64,000 nt of DNA from contig CAIMIV010000070.1 of NCBI GenBank assembly GCA_903841185.1, positions 2,984 to 66,983 of the forward strand, written 5' to 3'. The position numbers and the translations under genes are program-made. The stretch's first letter is position 1; each line of letters begins with the position of its first letter. Positions 49,515-60,322 of this stretch are shown here, piece by piece. The stretch is from an uncultured bacterium (GTDB taxonomy: Bacteria; Patescibacteriota; Minisyncoccia; Moranbacterales; UBA2206). The notes beneath the pieces were generated by a model. The model did not search any database and was not told the DNA's origin. It worked only from the letters and a program-made list of their open reading frames with translations.

Positions 49515-49811
49515 TCAGTCTTCGATAAACTCAGTCACCGTAATCTGTTCCCCATCCATTCTTTCGATCCTGGTCACGTCCAGGGAATGAGATTTGTGAT
49601 CCCGGTCTTCGTATTGATAATGGTATGTTCCGGGAGTACCGCTGAACGCAGGCGTAATCAAGGCCAGACCGTTGCAGCTATCGTACTCCGACACTGTTAT
49701 GTCATCACGGCAAATGGCGATAGCGGCTGTTACGACTTCATCCGATTCAGACCCATTCTTCTCTCTCAAAAACAATACCAGCGGTTCATTCGGCAATATA
49801 TGCTTTTTCAT
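49515..49811 (-). CDS. Hypothetical protein
   Basis: 98 aa. 4-nt overlap with the upstream ORF (operon). No family recognised. Confidence 0.35.
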   Translation of the reverse strand: MKKHILPNEPLVLFLREKNGSESDEVVTAAIAICRDDITVSEYDSCNGLALITPAFSGTPGTYHYQYEDRDHKSHSLDVTRIERMDGEQITVTEFIED

Positions 49812-50164
49812 TTTTCCTCCTGTTTTTCTTTGTAATGCCGTTGATGGATATTGGCGATAATACTGGAAACCCTCACCAACTCTTCCTGAGTATAACGGGT
49901 CGTGTTCGCGCTTACAAACTCAAGGAAAGCCAGCGCCAGATTCGAAGGACTGGCAACAATGCCAATGCCCGTGAGTGTCTGAACTACCACACCATCACTG
50001 AAAAGATTTTTTACATGCATAATGGTAAGGATGGATTCAACCTCATCACCTACCACTCCTTCACTTTTTGTCATACTGCTAATAATCTGTGGATTCATCG
50101 CAAAGTCCTCTCTCATTAATTTAAACTGCCTTTCATTTCTTTTTTCGACTCTATATTCATCCAA
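49808..50164 (-). CDS. Hypothetical protein
   Basis: 118 aa. No family recognised. Confidence 0.35.
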   Translation of the reverse strand: MDEYRVEKRNERQFKLMREDFAMNPQIISSMTKSEGVVGDEVESILTIMHVKNLFSDGVVVQTLTGIGIVASPSNLALAFLEFVSANTTRYTQEELVRVSSIIANIHQRHYKEKQEEK

Positions 50165-50343
50165 TTGTAAATGTGCTGCTTTTTGCCAGCCAAAACATTG
50201 ACCAACTGGAAATCTTAGCCTTTATACGGACTTTTGTCAAGACTGGCGGATTCTCAACAACATCATATCGTCTTTTAGAAACAAAATAAAAAGCGGGTAT
50301 TGGCTATTTTAGCCTCACCGCTTTAGAAATAACTTACTTCACC

Positions 50344-50880
50344 TTAGCACCGATCAATCGCGTGCGTGAAAGTTTTTTTCTTTTTGCATTTTTGCTTCGG
50401 GACAACGAAAGACTCATCGTCCTGCACGTATGCAATGCCATCGATCTGAGGACGTTTCACCAGCAATGCTTGGCGATCGACCTCTTCGATGATCCGGATG
50501 AATTCGGCATTGCCCGTGTCTTTGAGCAACGCAATGGTTTCTTCGTCGCTCTTTTTCGTTTCCACTCGCGGAGTGGTCATGCGCCAACCGAAGACACCGG
50601 CGCTAAGAGCAATTGACCTGGTTTCTTGCGTCAATTGGGCTTTGCGCGGACTGGCGAAAGCAAACAAAGAATTGATTTGCGCATCCCGCGTAACCACCAG
50701 CGGCTGCAACTTTTTCTCAGCCGCGGCTTTGGCTTCTGCGATTTTATCCTTTAACTCTTTTTCAATCGTGTTGATCTCATCTTGAGTGTTGCCCAAGCGA
50801 GCCAATACGCCATTTGCTTCAGCAATGGAAGCCGGAACAGCGGTCTGAGATTTCTTGATGCGAGTAATGGCTTTTGTCAT
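50344..50880 (-). CDS. gam: Phage Mu Gam-like host-nuclease inhibitor (DNA-end-binding) protein
   Basis: N-terminal coiled coil. C-terminal GWRMTTPRVETKK..EFIRIIEEVDRQALL matches Gam-family blocks (WRvrPP..FIRtKqEinKeAil). Start at MTKAIT with RBS GGGAGGA. Confidence 0.6.
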   Translation of the reverse strand: MTKAITRIKKSQTAVPASIAEANGVLARLGNTQDEINTIEKELKDKIAEAKAAAEKKLQPLVVTRDAQINSLFAFASPRKAQLTQETRSIALSAGVFGWRMTTPRVETKKSDEETIALLKDTGNAEFIRIIEEVDRQALLVKRPQIDGIAYVQDDESFVVPKQKCKKKKTFTHAIDRC

Positions 50881-51025
50881 TTTTTTATCCTCCCGGATAG
50901 ATGGAATATTTTCCCGCACGATATGCGCGGATATCAAAGTACTATCTGCACTATAGCGCAGATAGGCCATATGTGTTAATATGTAGTCGACACTCGACAA
51001 CTAAGTAACTGTCTAATAAAAATCT

Positions 51026-51790
51026 ATGCAAAATATCAAAGACATCCTCACCAGTATCAATATCCCTCCTTCAGCGCAAGAAATCTATCTGGCTCTTTTG
51101 GCAAACGGCAAGGCTACCGCCCGCACCCTCTCCCACCGCACAGGCGTCACCCGCACCAGCGTCTATGACTACATCAAAATTCTCCGCGCCAAGGGCTTGG
51201 TAGTTGAGCGTTCCATTGAAGGCACTACCCTCTTTGAAATTGGTGATGCGCGCCAGCTCTCTATTTTGCTGGATGGCCAAGCGGAAGAACTCCACGCCCA
51301 ACAGGATTTTCTGGCAAAAAATCTCACCACCCTGATTGACAAATCGCAATCACTTCAGCCGAAAGTGCGTTTTTTCGAAGGGCAAGACGGCGTAAAGCAA
51401 CTACTCAAAGACATCCTCTGGCACGATGATACCACGCTCTATCTCTACTGGCCCTACGAAGACATGCTTGATTTTCTTGGAGAAGATTTTCTGCTGTGGT
51501 TCAGCGCGCGCAGAAAAACTCATAACATTCCGATCAAAACCATTTGGGGGCATCCTACCGGGAAAATAAAAGAATCCATCTTTGCTGACGATGGCAAAGA
51601 CGTGGAGCGTCGCTATCTCATCCAAAAAAAGGTTTCCTCCATGGGCTATATTATTTATGACAATAAGGTCGCTTTTATGAGTTCTTGCAAGGAGTCCTTT
51701 GGCTTTATCGTGGAAAGTGTGGAATTTGCCGGTCTGCAAAAAATGCAATTTGATATCCTGTGGCAGACGGCCAAGAAAACTAGCCATTAA
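51026..51790 (+). CDS. TrmB-family transcriptional regulator
   Basis: N-terminal wHTH (PSAQEIYLALLANGKATARTLSHRTGVTRTSVYDYIKILRAKGLV) plus a C-terminal TrmB-type effector domain. Confidence 0.65.
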   Translation: MQNIKDILTSINIPPSAQEIYLALLANGKATARTLSHRTGVTRTSVYDYIKILRAKGLVVERSIEGTTLFEIGDARQLSILLDGQAEELHAQQDFLAKNLTTLIDKSQSLQPKVRFFEGQDGVKQLLKDILWHDDTTLYLYWPYEDMLDFLGEDFLLWFSARRKTHNIPIKTIWGHPTGKIKESIFADDGKDVERRYLIQKKVSSMGYIIYDNKVAFMSSCKESFGFIVESVEFAGLQKMQFDILWQTAKKTSH

Positions 51791-51889
51791 GAATTATTAA
51801 CTATTGAAAAAATAAAAAAGGCTCACCGATGTAATTTGGTGAGCCCAGCTTCGAATGAAATCCGAGTTGCATTTAGGGATTGAAAGATA

Positions 51890-52243
51890 TTATGGCTTTT
51901 CCGGGTGCATGATTACAATAGAAGTAACGGCCTCGTCCAATGCCAAAAGAGTTTCTTTTTCCTTCGCTATCTCATTAGCGTAATATTTGAGCGCCTCCGC
52001 TTTTGCCAACTCAAAACTGATTATCTCCCAATTCCGAGCTCCTTTCCCCTGATTGCCGGTAGCCAGGCTGCCTGTTATCCCAGTTTCCGTTTTGTAATCA
52101 GTGTGGGTGAAGCCAATGTTTGTTACAAAAAGCTTCAGCATCTGGCCTTGGCAAGCGGCGCTGTGAGAATACAGCGTTTTGTCCACCACATCCGCCGTCA
52201 ACAATACCCCGACACTATCATCCTGCTTATTGGACTTAGGCAT
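51890..52243 (-). CDS. Hypothetical protein
   Basis: 117 aa. No family recognised. Confidence 0.35.
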   Translation of the reverse strand: MPKSNKQDDSVGVLLTADVVDKTLYSHSAACQGQMLKLFVTNIGFTHTDYKTETGITGSLATGNQGKGARNWEIISFELAKAEALKYYANEIAKEKETLLALDEAVTSIVIMHPEKP

Positions 52244-52515
52244 TTTTCACCTCCACATTTTAGAGATTAACTCAGGAATAGCCCTGAATAAAAAATACCC
52301 CGACTAACGCTTCAATAATCCATTAACAATTTGTGCAGCAACGTAAATAAAAAGAACTGATAGAAAATCTTAACATGCGGACTAAGTCCAGTCAAGAGAC
52401 AATAGTTGGTCGAAACACCCGGCAGGGATGACAAAAAAATAGGAGCCCCGCCAGTCAATGACTAGCGGGGCTCTTTTTACCTCCTTCTTCCTGTGTTTAG
52501 GAATTATTTTTTATT

Positions 52516-55500
52516 TTAATTTTCTTGGCACCAAGTATGGGCATTCTGAAACATCCGCAGCCAAGGAGAGGCTGCCAGATCCTCCTTCATATCCATTGGC
52601 ATCCAATGCGCTTGCCGCTTATCAAACGTTCGCTCCGGATGGGGCATCATTGCTAGATGCCGTCCGTCCGGCGTGCAGAGTCCTGTCAAACCGTCCGGCG
52701 AACCATTCGGATTGAAAGGATAGATCTCGGTCGGTTGACCCTGGTCATCCACAAAACAAATCGAAGCTAAATTTTGCTCCAAAACTTGACGTCGGACATC
52801 CTGATCAGGAAAACTGAGGAATCCCTCACCATGATCAACATGAATGCCGAACTCCAAACCTTCCATCCCCCGCAACATCATCGCTGGAGAAGGACCGATT
52901 TTAGCCGTCACCCAGCGCGACTCAAATCGTGCCGAGATATTATGGATAAAACGCGGTTGTTTAGCAGGATCAATTCCCTGCCATGGCACCCAACCCAGCA
53001 GACCAAATAATTGACAGCCATTGCAGATTCCGAGCGTGAATGTGTCAGGGCGATTCAAAAAATCCCCAAACATCCGCGCCAGCCTCTGGTTGAATTTGAT
53101 GGTTGCAGCCCAGCCCTTAGCACTCTCCGGCACATCTGCATAGGAGAAACCACCAGCGGCGGCCAGACCCCGAAAGCCGTCCAGCGTAATCTTGCCAGAC
53201 AACAGATCCGTCATGGTAACATCCCAAGGTTCGAGGCCCGCGGCATAAAAAGCGGCGGCCATTTCCCGATCGGAATTACTACCCTCGTCGCGCAAGATAG
53301 CGACTCTGAATTTACCGGTTCCGTCCAAAATAGACTGTGCAGTTGGTTGAGGATCAAAAGGCACGACATATGTCGGTCCTTTCCGAGCATACAACACAGC
53401 TTTTTCTGCTTGGGCGCAGGCAGGATTCATTTGGAGCATTTCCAACTGAAAACTCGTCTCTTCCCATAGTCCGCGCAAAACTCGCATATCTTCATCCAGC
53501 ACAACCTCATCATTATACCGCACTCGGATAACTTTTTCCGTCAGGGTTTTAGCAATGACGCTCGCCGGAACTCCGTGTTCCGCCAGTTTCTGCAAAACAA
53601 GCGCTTGTTGGTCCTCCCTAACTTCCATGACCAATCCCAGCTCCTCGCCGAAAAATTGATTCATCACCGGAGACTGACCCGAAAGTTCCACCCTCAGCCC
53701 GCAATTTCCACTGAAGGCCATTTCGAGCAAAGTAGTAATCAACCCTCCATCACTTCGATCATGACCAGCCAAGATCAAATCCTGGTCCAATAATGATTGA
53801 ATGGCGTTAAAGGCTCGCACCAACAGTGCCGGATCATCCAGATCAGCCGGTTCAGAACCAATCTGCCCTAAAACTTGAGCCAGAGCTGAACCGCCCAGAC
53901 GGTTTTTCCCTCCACCCAGATCAACGAAAATCAAAACTGAATTTCCTGGATCTTTGATATCCGGCGTGACTGATATATTGCAATCCTTCATGGATGCATA
54001 CAGCGAAATAACCAATTCCCGGGGAGATTTTACTGTCTCCCCCCCAACGCGAGTCGCCATCGAGAGACTATCCTTGCCCCCATCAACAGCGACTCCCGAG
54101 GAAATCATCGCGCCCCGCATGGCACAAGCTGCATCATACAAAGCAGCTCCTTCGCCCGGCAATTTTGGTGCCCACATCCAATTGGCTGAACATTTCACCC
54201 GATCAAGACCTTTGATTCTGGCCCAAGCCAGATTAGTAAGCGCCTCACCTACTGACATCCGAGCCCCCGCTTCGGGGTCGGAGATCAACTTGATTGGCTG
54301 TTCACCAATGGCTGTGGCTATGCCAGAAAGACTGAAATAACTCTGCGCTACCACTGCCACGTCACTAATCGGAGTCTGTAATGAACCACAACATTGTTGC
54401 TGAACAACCAAGCCGCCTACCGCGCGATCAACCTTATTGGTCAAAAAGCGCTTAGAACCGACCGAAGGCAAACGCAAAACATCATTTAGCGCTTGCCGGA
54501 TAGTTAGTCCCTCCGGCAACACCACCGGCGGCAAAATATTTTTCCGCCGGTTATCCCGAAAGGTTTTCGGAGGCATGCCACCCAATACCACATCCAACTC
54601 CAAATCCACCGGAGTTGAGCCATCTTCTTCATCCACTACTACGAAACGCAAATCCCCTGTCACTTCACCCAGCACTTCGCAATTGACCTTTTCGCGCTCG
54701 CAGATAGCCTGGAACTGCTCCAAGTTATGCGGGCTAATCAAAAAACCATTGCGTTCCTGGTATTCAGCCACATAGATTTCCAACACTGACATGGTGGGGT
54801 CGCCGACTCTGACCTTCCGGATATTAATCCGGGCACCGGCTTTCTCCACCAATTCCTTCAAAACATTCGCCGGACCACCGGCTCCTTGATCATGAATAAC
54901 ATCAATCAAAGTCTGGTCGCCCATTTCGTTGCAAGCGCGGATGACTCGATTCATCTTCTGTTCCATTTCGGCATCGCCGCGCTGGACAGCATTGAAATCA
55001 AGCTCAGCCGCGTTATCACCATGCAACATGCTGGAGGCAGCCCCGCCACCGAAACCAACTCGATAGGCTGGGCCGCCAACTTGAATAATCAGCATGCCTT
55101 TCTCCTCCTTATTCTTCTTAATGAGGTGATTATCAATTTGGCCAACACCCGCTGTGAACATGATAGGCTTTAGAAATCCCCAACGCTCTCCATCTGCAAG
55201 ACGCAAATCAAAAGACCGGGCAAATCCTTGGATCATGGGCTCGCCAAATTTATTCCCATAATCCGAAGCACCGTTACTGGCCTCAATGACAATTTTTAAT
55301 GCCGTAGCCAGATTGTCAGGGCAAGGATATTTATTCTCCCAAGGTAATGCGTACCCCGGAATATGTAAATTGCCCACACAATAACCCGTCGTCCCAGCCC
55401 CGATAAAACCGCCTTTTCCGGTGCCTTGAACATCGCGAATGCGACCTCCTGCACCAGTTTCCGCTCCAGGAAATGGAGCTACGCCAGTTGGAAAATTATG

Positions 55501-56337
55501 CGTCTCGGCAGTGAATAAGGGGTGATAAACAGCCTCTTGCAACACCAGCGCCGAAGGCTGACCAGGTGAAGCAGGCACCAACACCCAAACAGGACCACCA
55601 GCAATTGCACTGGAATTATCCTTAAAAGCAATCACACTGTCTTCCGGATGAGCCACCAGTGTAGACTGAACAACCTCCATCAAGCTTTCTGACTGAGCTA
55701 TGTCATCAATAACCTGCCCACCCCGGAAAAAACCGTGGCGCGAATGTTCACTGTTGGCGTTGTTCAGATCCATAATTTCCACGATAGTGGGATTACGCTT
55801 ATGTCTTGTGACAAAATAATCATAATAGAAGTTGCGATCCCCTTCGTCCATGGAAATGCCGGGAACATCCAACAAGGCATTTGGTCCTTTTTCCATCATC
55901 GGAACAAGACAAACCGCTTCTGGCTTGATGCCGGTTTCAAAAGTGTCTAATGGCGCTGAATACACATATTCGGTCATTCGGTCACGGTGAGCGGCGGCAA
56001 AAGCAGCCACATCCTCACCTTCTGGCACCATATAGCGTCGCGAACGTTCCACTCGAGTGATAACTTCTTCCAGGCCAATTGCCCGCGCAATAGAAACCAT
56101 GTTCGAAGACCAAGCAGTGGCAAAATTGAGCCGAGGCCCCACTTCAACCACCCGCTCGCCAGTCAAACATGAAGTCGTGCTGATTGTTTCCACAATGAAA
56201 CCATCCGCCAGGGTCAGTTTTAATTTTTCCATTTCATCCGCGGTGAGTTCTCTCGTAGCTTCCACATTGAAACAAAATTCAATGCCTCCCGCACCGCTTT
56301 TTTTGTACAACTGAAAAACTGCATTTTTCTTTTGCAT
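52516..56337 (-). CDS. purL: Phosphoribosylformylglycinamidine synthase, single-chain large form
   Basis: 1273 aa. PurS-like N-terminus, central PurM-like FGAM synthetase domains and C-terminal class-I glutamine amidotransferase (GICNGCQ catalytic Cys). Confidence 0.95.
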   Translation of the reverse strand: MQKKNAVFQLYKKSGAGGIEFCFNVEATRELTADEMEKLKLTLADGFIVETISTTSCLTGERVVEVGPRLNFATAWSSNMVSIARAIGLEEVITRVERSRRYMVPEGEDVAAFAAAHRDRMTEYVYSAPLDTFETGIKPEAVCLVPMMEKGPNALLDVPGISMDEGDRNFYYDYFVTRHKRNPTIVEIMDLNNANSEHSRHGFFRGGQVIDDIAQSESLMEVVQSTLVAHPEDSVIAFKDNSSAIAGGPVWVLVPASPGQPSALVLQEAVYHPLFTAETHNFPTGVAPFPGAETGAGGRIRDVQGTGKGGFIGAGTTGYCVGNLHIPGYALPWENKYPCPDNLATALKIVIEASNGASDYGNKFGEPMIQGFARSFDLRLADGERWGFLKPIMFTAGVGQIDNHLIKKNKEEKGMLIIQVGGPAYRVGFGGGAASSMLHGDNAAELDFNAVQRGDAEMEQKMNRVIRACNEMGDQTLIDVIHDQGAGGPANVLKELVEKAGARINIRKVRVGDPTMSVLEIYVAEYQERNGFLISPHNLEQFQAICEREKVNCEVLGEVTGDLRFVVVDEEDGSTPVDLELDVVLGGMPPKTFRDNRRKNILPPVVLPEGLTIRQALNDVLRLPSVGSKRFLTNKVDRAVGGLVVQQQCCGSLQTPISDVAVVAQSYFSLSGIATAIGEQPIKLISDPEAGARMSVGEALTNLAWARIKGLDRVKCSANWMWAPKLPGEGAALYDAACAMRGAMISSGVAVDGGKDSLSMATRVGGETVKSPRELVISLYASMKDCNISVTPDIKDPGNSVLIFVDLGGGKNRLGGSALAQVLGQIGSEPADLDDPALLVRAFNAIQSLLDQDLILAGHDRSDGGLITTLLEMAFSGNCGLRVELSGQSPVMNQFFGEELGLVMEVREDQQALVLQKLAEHGVPASVIAKTLTEKVIRVRYNDEVVLDEDMRVLRGLWEETSFQLEMLQMNPACAQAEKAVLYARKGPTYVVPFDPQPTAQSILDGTGKFRVAILRDEGSNSDREMAAAFYAAGLEPWDVTMTDLLSGKITLDGFRGLAAAGGFSYADVPESAKGWAATIKFNQRLARMFGDFLNRPDTFTLGICNGCQLFGLLGWVPWQGIDPAKQPRFIHNISARFESRWVTAKIGPSPAMMLRGMEGLEFGIHVDHGEGFLSFPDQDVRRQVLEQNLASICFVDDQGQPTEIYPFNPNGSPDGLTGLCTPDGRHLAMMPHPERTFDKRQAHWMPMDMKEDLAASPWLRMFQNAHTWCQEN

Positions 56338-56394
56338 CTTTCATTTCCTCCTTTGTCTGGATTTTGAAAAACAATGGGTTAATTCCCAACATCA

Positions 56395-57093
56395 TTAATT
56401 GCGTGGATACTTATCCCTTGCTTCTTTTTTTATCGTCAAAAGAAGCTCTTCTTCTTTTTCATTTAGGGCAATATTCATAGGTTTATCCACTGCTCTTGAT
56501 GAATGAGCTGAACCATAAAACATTTCCAGTCGACCATAAATCTGCACTCCGTGCTCGATTGGCAGCAACATCTCTGCATTTTCTTCTGGCGTTCGTGCAA
56601 AATCCAAATCAATCTTTCTGGCATGCGCGATTTTTCCTGCGTCATAGACCGGGTCGACAAACTGGCAAAATACTTGAATGGGCATAATGCGACCCACCTC
56701 CTGACAAAAACGCATATGCGCATAAACTCTACGCACACCATACATCCACTTTCCGCCCGGCCCAAGGTGCTGATTAAGACCAACATATTGAGCCATTACT
56801 TCTTCCGGCATATGTGGCATCCAACCAAGCTGATGAAAGAAGTCTGGCCTATATGTGTTTAATACATCCAGAATTCTTTCTGCAAAATCTGGACCCTTTT
56901 CAACTACATGAATATGTTCCTCAGGAAAATTAACATTTTTGACATTTTGTATGCCACTCACATCATGTGAATCTGCAATTATCGCCACAGTTTTTGTAGC
57001 GCCAAAAAGCACGCCTTCTGGCAATTCCTCTTTAATGACCCGCAAACATGTTGACGCTCCACCCGAAATAAGATTCACCACCGATTTCACCAT
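56395..57093 (-). CDS. Formyltransferase-fold protein, divergent PurN-like
   Basis: NLISGGAS (ISGxGSN-like) at the N-terminus and overall formyl-transferase topology. Catalytic motifs are divergent. 57 nt upstream of purL. Confidence 0.5.
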   Translation of the reverse strand: MVKSVVNLISGGASTCLRVIKEELPEGVLFGATKTVAIIADSHDVSGIQNVKNVNFPEEHIHVVEKGPDFAERILDVLNTYRPDFFHQLGWMPHMPEEVMAQYVGLNQHLGPGGKWMYGVRRVYAHMRFCQEVGRIMPIQVFCQFVDPVYDAGKIAHARKIDLDFARTPEENAEMLLPIEHGVQIYGRLEMFYGSAHSSRAVDKPMNIALNEKEEELLLTIKKEARDKYPRN

Positions 57094-57318
57094 GACTTCT
57101 CTCCTCTTTCTTTAAACAACCTTTGCTAAGTTTAGACAATCTAACGATTGCCCCGTCATAAATCCTATATTTGTGTACTTTTGATTCTGTTGTCAAAGTG
57201 CATCTTGCCCATCTTAGAGCCTATTCATAGTCTCTAAGTGGGTTATTTATTGTAGCAAGAATGTTTAAAATAGCAAGTAAATTTAAAAAGGTACAAAGTA
57301 CCCGATTAGGCTTAATAA

Positions 57319-57366
57319 AAACAGAAAACCTACCAGTAAATTTCTTACTGGTAGGTTTTTAATTTT
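57319..57366 (-). terminator. Intrinsic terminator (bidirectional)
   Basis: CCTACCAGTAA atttc TTACTGGTAGG flanked by A and T runs. Confidence 0.55.
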
Positions 57367-57382
57367 TGTGAGTAAAGGATGT

Positions 57383-58576
57383 CTAGAATGATGAACTCAC
57401 ATCATTATAGCCCTTGCCTGACATAATGTTTCTTACTCGCATATTACTCGCATTGGTCACCAGAACCATTGAGCGAAAATGACTTGGATGATCAAAATCT
57501 CGCAAGCGACTGATATGCAAATATGGGCCCACGATACTACCACTCTTATATCTGAAGATAGAATATGGTGGTGGTGGTGACATCAAAATGCTATCCTTAG
57601 CGTGTAGTCTTGCGCTGTTAATCTCGTAGATTCTGAGGATGTTGTCCCCTTGCGAATTTTTTGCAAACTTCACATAAGCCAGCCAATGAATCCATTCGCC
57701 AATTTTTTCACCATTGGCCAAGACAAAACCCACGGGTACATCATTGGGTTGGAAATCAGACAGAAAAAGAACTCTGGAAGGCCCACCAGGCAAATCATGA
57801 TAAGGATGAATTTGATCTTCCGTCAAAATACCGCTACTCATCAAATTCTCCATATATCCTTCCTTGCCAGTGAAAGAAGCAAATCGGAGGAAATCATCTT
57901 CAGTTCTATATAGACTTTTTGGAGAGTCGAAGATGATTCTCTTGCCTTTCTTTTCAATCATCGTCAAATCAATCGACGACAGCAATGCCCTCATTTTGCC
58001 CATGTCTCCAGTGGTATACATGGAGAAAACACCGCTACTGCAAGCAACAAAGATTGTTTGAGTCATAACATTCATGATCGCTGAAACAATTATTTTGCCC
58101 TTGCTGACGCAAGTCACTGAGACGGTCGCACCAGAAATCATAATCGGTGATATCTTATCCACCTCTTTTGCCCAAAAATTTTTGGCCTCCGAATGAGTAA
58201 TAATATCCCCCACTAAACTGAGCTCACTTTCTCCATAGGCACTCGGAAACGTTTTCAGGAATTGCCCGAATTGAGCAGATCGATCCATCGGATCGCAGAA
58301 AAACATAAGCGGCTGCTTATCGGGATCTGGATCTTCCGGCCAATTCGCCCTATTATCCTCATCCGTCTCTTCTGTTACCAATATCGCATTTGCGAAAAAA
58401 TCATTGACCGAGGCACGAATACTATTTTCAGGCACAGCATCCATTCCCAATGTGTCCTTTTTACCAACCCTTTGCTTACCCAGCACCTCCACTACTGGAG
58501 TTTGCATCAGGTCAAGCACAGCACTCATCACCGTCCGAATTGCGAAATCGCAATATATCCTATCAATACCTAACAT
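57383..58576 (-). CDS. FBPase/IMPase/GlpX (FIG) superfamily sugar phosphatase, divergent
   Basis: LVTEETDED plus CDPMDRS resemble the EE / DP(I/L)DG(T/S) metal-binding motifs. Start at the second Met of MVM with GGAGG at 8 nt. About 397 aa. Confidence 0.4.
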   Translation of the reverse strand: MLGIDRIYCDFAIRTVMSAVLDLMQTPVVEVLGKQRVGKKDTLGMDAVPENSIRASVNDFFANAILVTEETDEDNRANWPEDPDPDKQPLMFFCDPMDRSAQFGQFLKTFPSAYGESELSLVGDIITHSEAKNFWAKEVDKISPIMISGATVSVTCVSKGKIIVSAIMNVMTQTIFVACSSGVFSMYTTGDMGKMRALLSSIDLTMIEKKGKRIIFDSPKSLYRTEDDFLRFASFTGKEGYMENLMSSGILTEDQIHPYHDLPGGPSRVLFLSDFQPNDVPVGFVLANGEKIGEWIHWLAYVKFAKNSQGDNILRIYEINSARLHAKDSILMSPPPPYSIFRYKSGSIVGPYLHISRLRDFDHPSHFRSMVLVTNASNMRVRNIMSGKGYNDVSSSF

Positions 58577-58792
58577 CACCATTTCCTCCGGTTGTTTGTT
58601 TAACTGCAAGAATATGTATCTAACAATTTTTAAAAAACTATCTAACCTCCTTGCATAGAAATTAACATGAAATAAAATAAAAAGCCATGCCTGACTTAAA
58701 TGTGCACATAAAAAAAGGCACTCCCCGTTAGGAAGTGCCGGAAAAGTGGCGGTGCATACCGGATCTGAGTGTGTCAACACACGCGTATCATT

Positions 58793-59443
58793 TCAAGACA
58801 ACAGAAACCTGTTCCCTTCAACAAATTCCAGCTTGCGCCTCCTGTCATCATCCGTGCCCTGCCAGAAAAAACTGGCCGCCGCAATGCAATCCACACCCAA
58901 CTGTTTGACAGCAGGAATCGTTTGCGCATTCATTCCGCCATCTACGCCGATGAGCTGAATTTTTGGCAGACTCTTCACAGCGATAATCCTGGCCAGGGTT
59001 TGCTCGTTAAATGTTTGCTGACTGAACCCGGACTGCACTCCCATACAAAGAAAGTAATGTACATGATCTACTTTTTTAAAGCGTTCGTAGCAATTGGTTT
59101 CCGGATCAAAGGCCACGCCCAGGCGCCCGCCGGAGATTGCTGACAAAGCAGCATAGTCCTTCCAATTGGAAACTTCTTCCCCGCGGACAACTACTCGCTT
59201 GGCATTTCCTAGTGCCAGCCATTTCTCCGCTGCCCGCAAGGGATCATTAACCATCAGATGCACTTCCAGGTCAATGCCCAGCTCGCCTGCCGCTCTCCAA
59301 TCTCCCCAGCAAACATTGTTCACCGCCGGTTTTTCCATGACATCCAAATGAGCCATGTCCACATCTAATCGCTTTAGCGTGGCCACCCTTCCCCATACAT
59401 CCTTTTCCGTTTTTTCTAGAATCGCCGGTATTAATTTTGCCAT
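58793..59443 (-). CDS. rpe: Ribulose-phosphate 3-epimerase family protein
   Basis: Blocks align to Rpe: LIPAILEKT..LDVDMAHLDVME; DLEVHLMVNDP; GVAFDPET; CMGVQSGFSQQTF; GVDGGMN. Confidence 0.7.
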   Translation of the reverse strand: MAKLIPAILEKTEKDVWGRVATLKRLDVDMAHLDVMEKPAVNNVCWGDWRAAGELGIDLEVHLMVNDPLRAAEKWLALGNAKRVVVRGEEVSNWKDYAALSAISGGRLGVAFDPETNCYERFKKVDHVHYFLCMGVQSGFSQQTFNEQTLARIIAVKSLPKIQLIGVDGGMNAQTIPAVKQLGVDCIAAASFFWQGTDDDRRRKLEFVEGNRFLLS

Positions 59444-59464
59444 GTCTCCACCCCCTGCTTAAAA

Positions 59465-60133
59465 TTAAGCTACTACCTTGCCTTTAAACTTTTTTAAGGC
59501 GTTTCTCAAGCCTTCGGGAAAAGCCCCTTTGCCACAATTAGACAAACAGCCGACTGCTATCATATGGGAATCATCTTCGGAATCTGTATTGGCGACAAAA
59601 ATAATTTCTTTTGTCACCTCATTCAGTGCCCGCACCAGATCATAACCTTTGATATCTCCTAAACCCTGATCCATCAAAACAATATCCGGATCTGCTTCCA
59701 AAATATCTTTCACAATCTGTTCAGCATCAGCCTGAGAACATGCTCCTGACCTGAAATAATAATGACTCAAAAACAAATTGGGCCAACCCATAAATGCTCT
59801 GGCTGTGTCAATCAAAGCCATCAGACTATTATCCACCACCATGACCTGCGCTGTTTTCCCTGGATCAACAGCTTGAAATTGCGGCATCAAGACCCGCTGG
59901 TTGTTCGTGAATCTCAAGAGTTCTTCCGGCAAATCCAAACCGCATTGCCGGCTGATGTATCTGAAATAATTCCCCACATCCGCCAAGGACTCAATCAGAC
60001 ATACCATTTTTTCTTGAGGAACCCTCACAAAAAGCGGGTTGTCCAAAATCTTAGCCGCGTCTTGCGCCTTCCCCAACAAACCTTGTGCGGTGAAAATATG
60101 GCTATTTTGCCCAACAAATTCGCTATATGACAT
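59465..60133 (-). CDS. Receiver (CheY-like) domain protein with about 95-aa N-terminal extension and no recognisable output domain
   Basis: VMVVDNS (beta1), DIVLMDQGLGDIKGYDLVRAL (phospho-acceptor Asp context), EIIFVAN. Atypical conserved Lys region. Confidence 0.45.
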   Translation of the reverse strand: MSYSEFVGQNSHIFTAQGLLGKAQDAAKILDNPLFVRVPQEKMVCLIESLADVGNYFRYISRQCGLDLPEELLRFTNNQRVLMPQFQAVDPGKTAQVMVVDNSLMALIDTARAFMGWPNLFLSHYYFRSGACSQADAEQIVKDILEADPDIVLMDQGLGDIKGYDLVRALNEVTKEIIFVANTDSEDDSHMIAVGCLSNCGKGAFPEGLRNALKKFKGKVVA

Positions 60134-60322
60134 TAGCTACCTCCTCCTGTTTCTTTTTTTAAATAACTACCCTTTTCTCTTTCTTCTGCATATTCATTTA
60201 TATAGCTAACAGGTTGAAAAGTCAACCAAAAATTTCGGGTCATAGTCGCCTAAAAACAGAAAACCCACCAAGCGGAAGGTTTCCCGTTGGTGGGCATATT
60301 TTATTTCTAAGCAGTCAGTAGC

